Assembly (NCBI GenBank): GCA_973895155.1
Contig: OZ316896.1
Location: 1,364,001-1,428,000 of the forward strand
Direction of reading: 5' to 3'
DNA: 64,000 nt
From: Marsupella aquatica
Lineage: Eukaryota > Plantae > Marchantiophyta
Positions 60,040 to 64,000 of this stretch are shown here, one piece after another. The translations under genes and the position numbers were made by a program. The notes below the pieces were generated by a model. That model was not told the origin of the DNA and searched no databases. It worked only from the letters and a program-made list of their open reading frames with translations. Each line of letters opens with the position of its first letter. Positions within the stretch are counted from its first letter, which is position 1.

Positions 60040-63000
60040 ATGACCAATGGTGATGTCTTGAAGTGTCAGAGTAGGATGAAGAAAAATTTCATGGCAAAGA
60101 CAAAGCGTTTGTGGGGCACCAGGGCCGAATTGGACCCCAAACTATTGTGTTTGCTGTGGTTGGCCGGGGCATTTGCCGTGGGAACCTGCATCTTTGCGAT
60201 TCATCTATTGACGCTGAACGTCCTACAAGGCTTGGAAGAGCAATTTAAGACTGGAAATGCCTTAACGGATGACCAGGAGCGGCAAACAGTGACCATTTAC
60301 ACGGCTCCAGCTCCATTTGAGGGAAGTGTGGGCATTCGGCAGGCAGCCGCAATAAATTCTTGGCTGCGTTTGGATCCGTGCCTCAATGTTGTTCTCCTCG
60401 GAAAACATTCTTCATTGCATGTATTTGCCTCGAACAGGGCTCCCAATGTCACCGTGGACACCGATCTCGACTTCACGTATGTATCTACTGTATCAACCAT
60501 TAGGTCCTCCAATTTGGTATACAATAGCAGCTACGGGTATTGCTAATAGGTTTCAGTCTTCTCTTTTCAATCTAATAGTAGAAAAGTGGCTGTTAGAGAA
60601 AGGATGACGAAGAAAGAAGAATGTTATATGTGAGGTGCAAGGTTTTATGTTGCGTGAGTCAGAGTGATAGTTGAGGTAGGTGACTTGGTCAGTGTTATAG
60701 TGGCTGTTTTCCCTTCGTACGTTAACTTTGGCAATATATCGTCTAGAGCAGAAATAAGTCGCTTGAGTTTTGTCTGTCCCCTCAACTTTAATCTGAAATG
60801 GCACCAGTTCAGTAGATTGGAGATTTGAGATTAAAAACGTCCTTAAAAAGCATTTCCCACTGTTGAAAGATCGGCTGGACTGTTACTTCTGCATCGGATT
60901 CAGCTCCTAGTCTGAATAGCATTAGAATTCTGGTGAGGTTGGGATGCTTGAATCAAGACAGAGTTTCACTGGAGACTGGACAAATTTGGCAGCTAAACAT
61001 TGACCAGGTATTCCATGATCAGATGTAAGATCCGGTGAACTTTTGTGGATTGATGCAGGTTTTCTGGCAGACCTTTCTTCCATGGAATGATGAGAAAAGC
61101 TAGGAGTTGCTCCTCGGACGTTGTAATGTTAATTGATCCAGATGTGATTCTTCTGGATCATGTTTTCCGGGCCATCCAGAGCATGCGAAACTTTGATCAG
61201 GACTGGCTGATTACAGCTCTGCCACTTCTTGTTACAGAATTCCCATTTTCCCTCCAAGGACAAAACTTCGACTCCTTCGGATCCTTTGGTCAAGCGGAGG
61301 AGGTCTGTAGCGTCTTGCTGCTTCAATTTCCTGTAGTCCTTAGATTTGTGCGGAATTTATTTTCGTTTTCCCTTCGTTACACAAATTGGTTTCTATCATT
61401 CTTGCGTGTGGCTACAATTGTGTTCAAAATCCTCCTCTTGGGACGCTTGGAGTCGAAGCGATACGTTCTCTAATCATTGACTTCTGGGGCATTACTGCCG
61501 TTTCCAGGTAGAGGCTTATGTACGAGATCACGGAATTTGGGACACTTGTGAAGGAACACAACTGTGGGCCTGGAATGGTAGCCAAAGACCACTTCATGCA
61601 GGCGTGATGCCTCCTTTTGTATACAACGAAGGTCACCATAACCACTGGCTACTATCTGAGGCGATTACATCAAAGTACCGAGTTGTGCTGGATGCAAGTG
61701 AGGCATTCACTGTGTTCCGAACTCACATTGCAGCTAATAGCTCTTATGATACTAGTAACATTTCAGCGACCGAAAAAGTAAGAAGCAGTAGAGTGTATAA
61801 CAGTGGAAATTCCAGGCTTGCATCAACTTACGGTTCGTACTATTTCAAACGCCTCAATTCGTGGGACATATCTCACAAGCTTCTTAATTGCGATCATATG
61901 AAGTCAGAGAATTTTGGCATAGTAGACATGACACAAAAGCCATGCTCCTGCTCCCCTCTTCGCCCACAGTTGATACTTGGAAAGAGAAGCTTGCCGGCTT
62001 TTTACCTTCTTTCAACTTGGACCTATTGGTTTGGAGCTCCTGTTGGCTGGAAACAGCTAGATTCATCGACATATCGAAACCAAATCCAGTGCAAAGACTC
62101 AAGACTACAGGGCTCGCAGATAAATGACCCCAATGTCTTACCTTCGCTCGAGTCGTTGGTGAGTAGAGTGACACGAGATGACAAGGTCGTGATCCTTGCT
62201 GTGGTGGGAAATAGCTACCGAGATATGCTCATGAGCTGGGTTTGCCGGCTGAAACATCTAAACGTTTCGAACTACTTGGTTTCAGCACTTGATGACGATT
62301 TATTCCATTTTGCTTCACAGCAGGTAATTTCTTGATAATTGCACACTGATCGTAGATGTGACAGGGCTGCTACATTTTTTTGCCTTTCCAATATATTATT
62401 TGAACGCCGTCTGGATTTCTGGCTCCTTTCGGCTTCGTAAATAACGGGCTACATTAAGAAAGTGCTTTGGCTCATTTGAGAATAGCTATTTTGCAGGGTC
62501 TGCCAGTGTTCAAGATTTCTGCGGATATGAATGTCAGCCGCAATGGCTGTCACTTTGGCTCAGACTGTTTCAAGAGAGTAACCAAAATGAAATCTCGGAC
62601 GGTCCTTCAAATATTGAAGTTAGGCTTTCATGTACTCTTCAGTGATGTTGATGTCTACTGGTTTGAAGACCCCTCAAAGGAACTCATGTCATTTGGCCCT
62701 GGGCACCTTACTGCACAAACGGATCAGTGGAATGAAACTGGTAAGTTGTGTCAGAATATTGCTTAAGAATGTGTGGATGTTTATGGTTGTCGTCATTACA
62801 GACTACGGTTGCTAATAGGAGAACGCTTTGTTCAAGAAGAAAGCAGTCGAAAACTAGATGAAAGTTTCTCGGTGGAAAACTAGAGGCCCAAGCATTCCCA
62901 GTAGTGATTGGCTTTATCAGTGAGTTTGGATACAGCAGAAGCATTTGTGAATTTCAAAGGTCAAAATCTAATTTCACAGGTTTTACGAAGCAGAGCTATG

Positions 63001-63580
63001 CTGTAGTCTATCTCTTTGACTAGAGCATATTGCAATAGATATGACTTGTTCAGTCCAGAAGTTGTTGTCTCAAACAACGTAATAGCAATGAGCTGATGGA
63101 CATGCTTTCAGCACCTCACAAGTTAACCTGGTTGTCGCTTTTGGGCTTGTAGAGGCACTCAACAAGCCACGTCACTTGAACTCGGGATTCTACTTTGTAT
63201 GGGCAGACAACCGCAGTGTGGCAGCTTTTGAAAACATTATCAAGCATGGGGCTGCTTCAGATAAATCAGAACAGCCTAGTTTTTACGATGTGCTGTGTGG
63301 CGAAGGAGGAAAATATAGAGTTGGAATTGACACCTGTCTGGAACCAATGTTGAATATGACAGTCCATTTTTTAGATCCGGTGAAGTACCCAAACGGTGCT
63401 TTCAGGACATTGTGGGAACAAAAGGATGTGAGGAGTACTTGTAAAACACAGGGTTGCAAAATCTTGCACAACAACTGGGTACCCGGAAGGCAGAACAAAT
63501 TAAATCGCCAAATGGCTTCAGGTCTTTGGGACTATGATGCTGCCTCACGTATGTGTCTCACAAAGATAGAGGCCCGATAA
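60040..63580 (+). CDS. RAY1: Beta-arabinofuranosyltransferase RAY1-like (GT77, nucleotide-diphospho-sugar transferase); 5 exons, ~722 aa
   Basis: Exons 60040-60476, 61059-61302, 61508-62323, 62497-62740 and 63153-63580 sum to 2169 nt in frame. N-terminal TM segment; motifs TIYTAP.PF, SYRDMLMSWVCRL, CHFGSDCF, FSDVDVYWF, LNSGFYF, SEQPSFYDVLCG, LHNNW. Start codon choice is uncertain. Confidence 0.88.
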
Positions 63581-64000
63581 CTTAGTGCTCATCGGTGTCT
63601 GTACACCCGAAACGATTCCTCTTGATACATCATGGGAGCTTGGTGAGACTTCGACGGGAGCACGACAGTGAGTGTGAGGCGTGCGCCTAGCAAAGACATT
63701 CGATGCCGTTCAACCTGGCTCCAATCAGGTGATTCACTTACTGCCCCTAAGTACAAACTATATGGCTCACCCGAGGTTTATCAGAGGTTTTCATTATTTG
63801 AATTCACAGGCAAACAATTTGAACTTACTCACTGGCAGGTGCCTCACATCTATGTTTTACATGTCTTCTGCTCTAAGCCTCAATCATAGTAGAAAAGCCC
63901 ATTCTGTTGTAAAGTCTGTTTAAAACTCGCCAACTTTTGGAACTACTGCAGTCGAGAAAATTAGCAAAGAGGATAGGAGTAACAATGCTTTGCTGGTCAA

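Overview
Eukaryotic, intron-containing land-plant genomic DNA; the gene content suggests a non-seed plant such as a bryophyte or lycophyte (inference). Five host genes can be spliced to intact frames by eye: two tandem amino acid permease (AAP) paralogues (- strand), a secreted PQQ-type beta-propeller dehydrogenase, a DUF92/TMEM19 (PGR-like) membrane protein and a RAY1-like GT77 glycosyltransferase. The centre of the window is a nested transposon complex. An ~8.1-kb Mutator (MULE) element (23959-41151, perfect 9-bp TSD TCTAAAATT) carries a decayed MuDR transposase plus three cargo ORFs: an intact DUF1917/eIF4E-like ORF, a disrupted F-box ORF and a disrupted RPA-like OB-fold ORF. A 9.08-kb Ty3/Gypsy retrotransposon (32053-41128, 4-bp TSD GTGT) has inserted into the MULE's right TIR. 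The main find is that this Gypsy polyprotein encodes a complete DNMT3-like C5 cytosine methyltransferase between protease and RT, and a PHD finger after integrase, i.e. a retroelement with its own chromatin reader and DNA-methylation writer. No matching LTR pair could be found for it by eye. The window also holds MITE-like elements, a ~360-bp tandem array abutting the AAP1 start codon, hairpins and minisatellites. All assignments come from reading motifs by eye; no database search was run.
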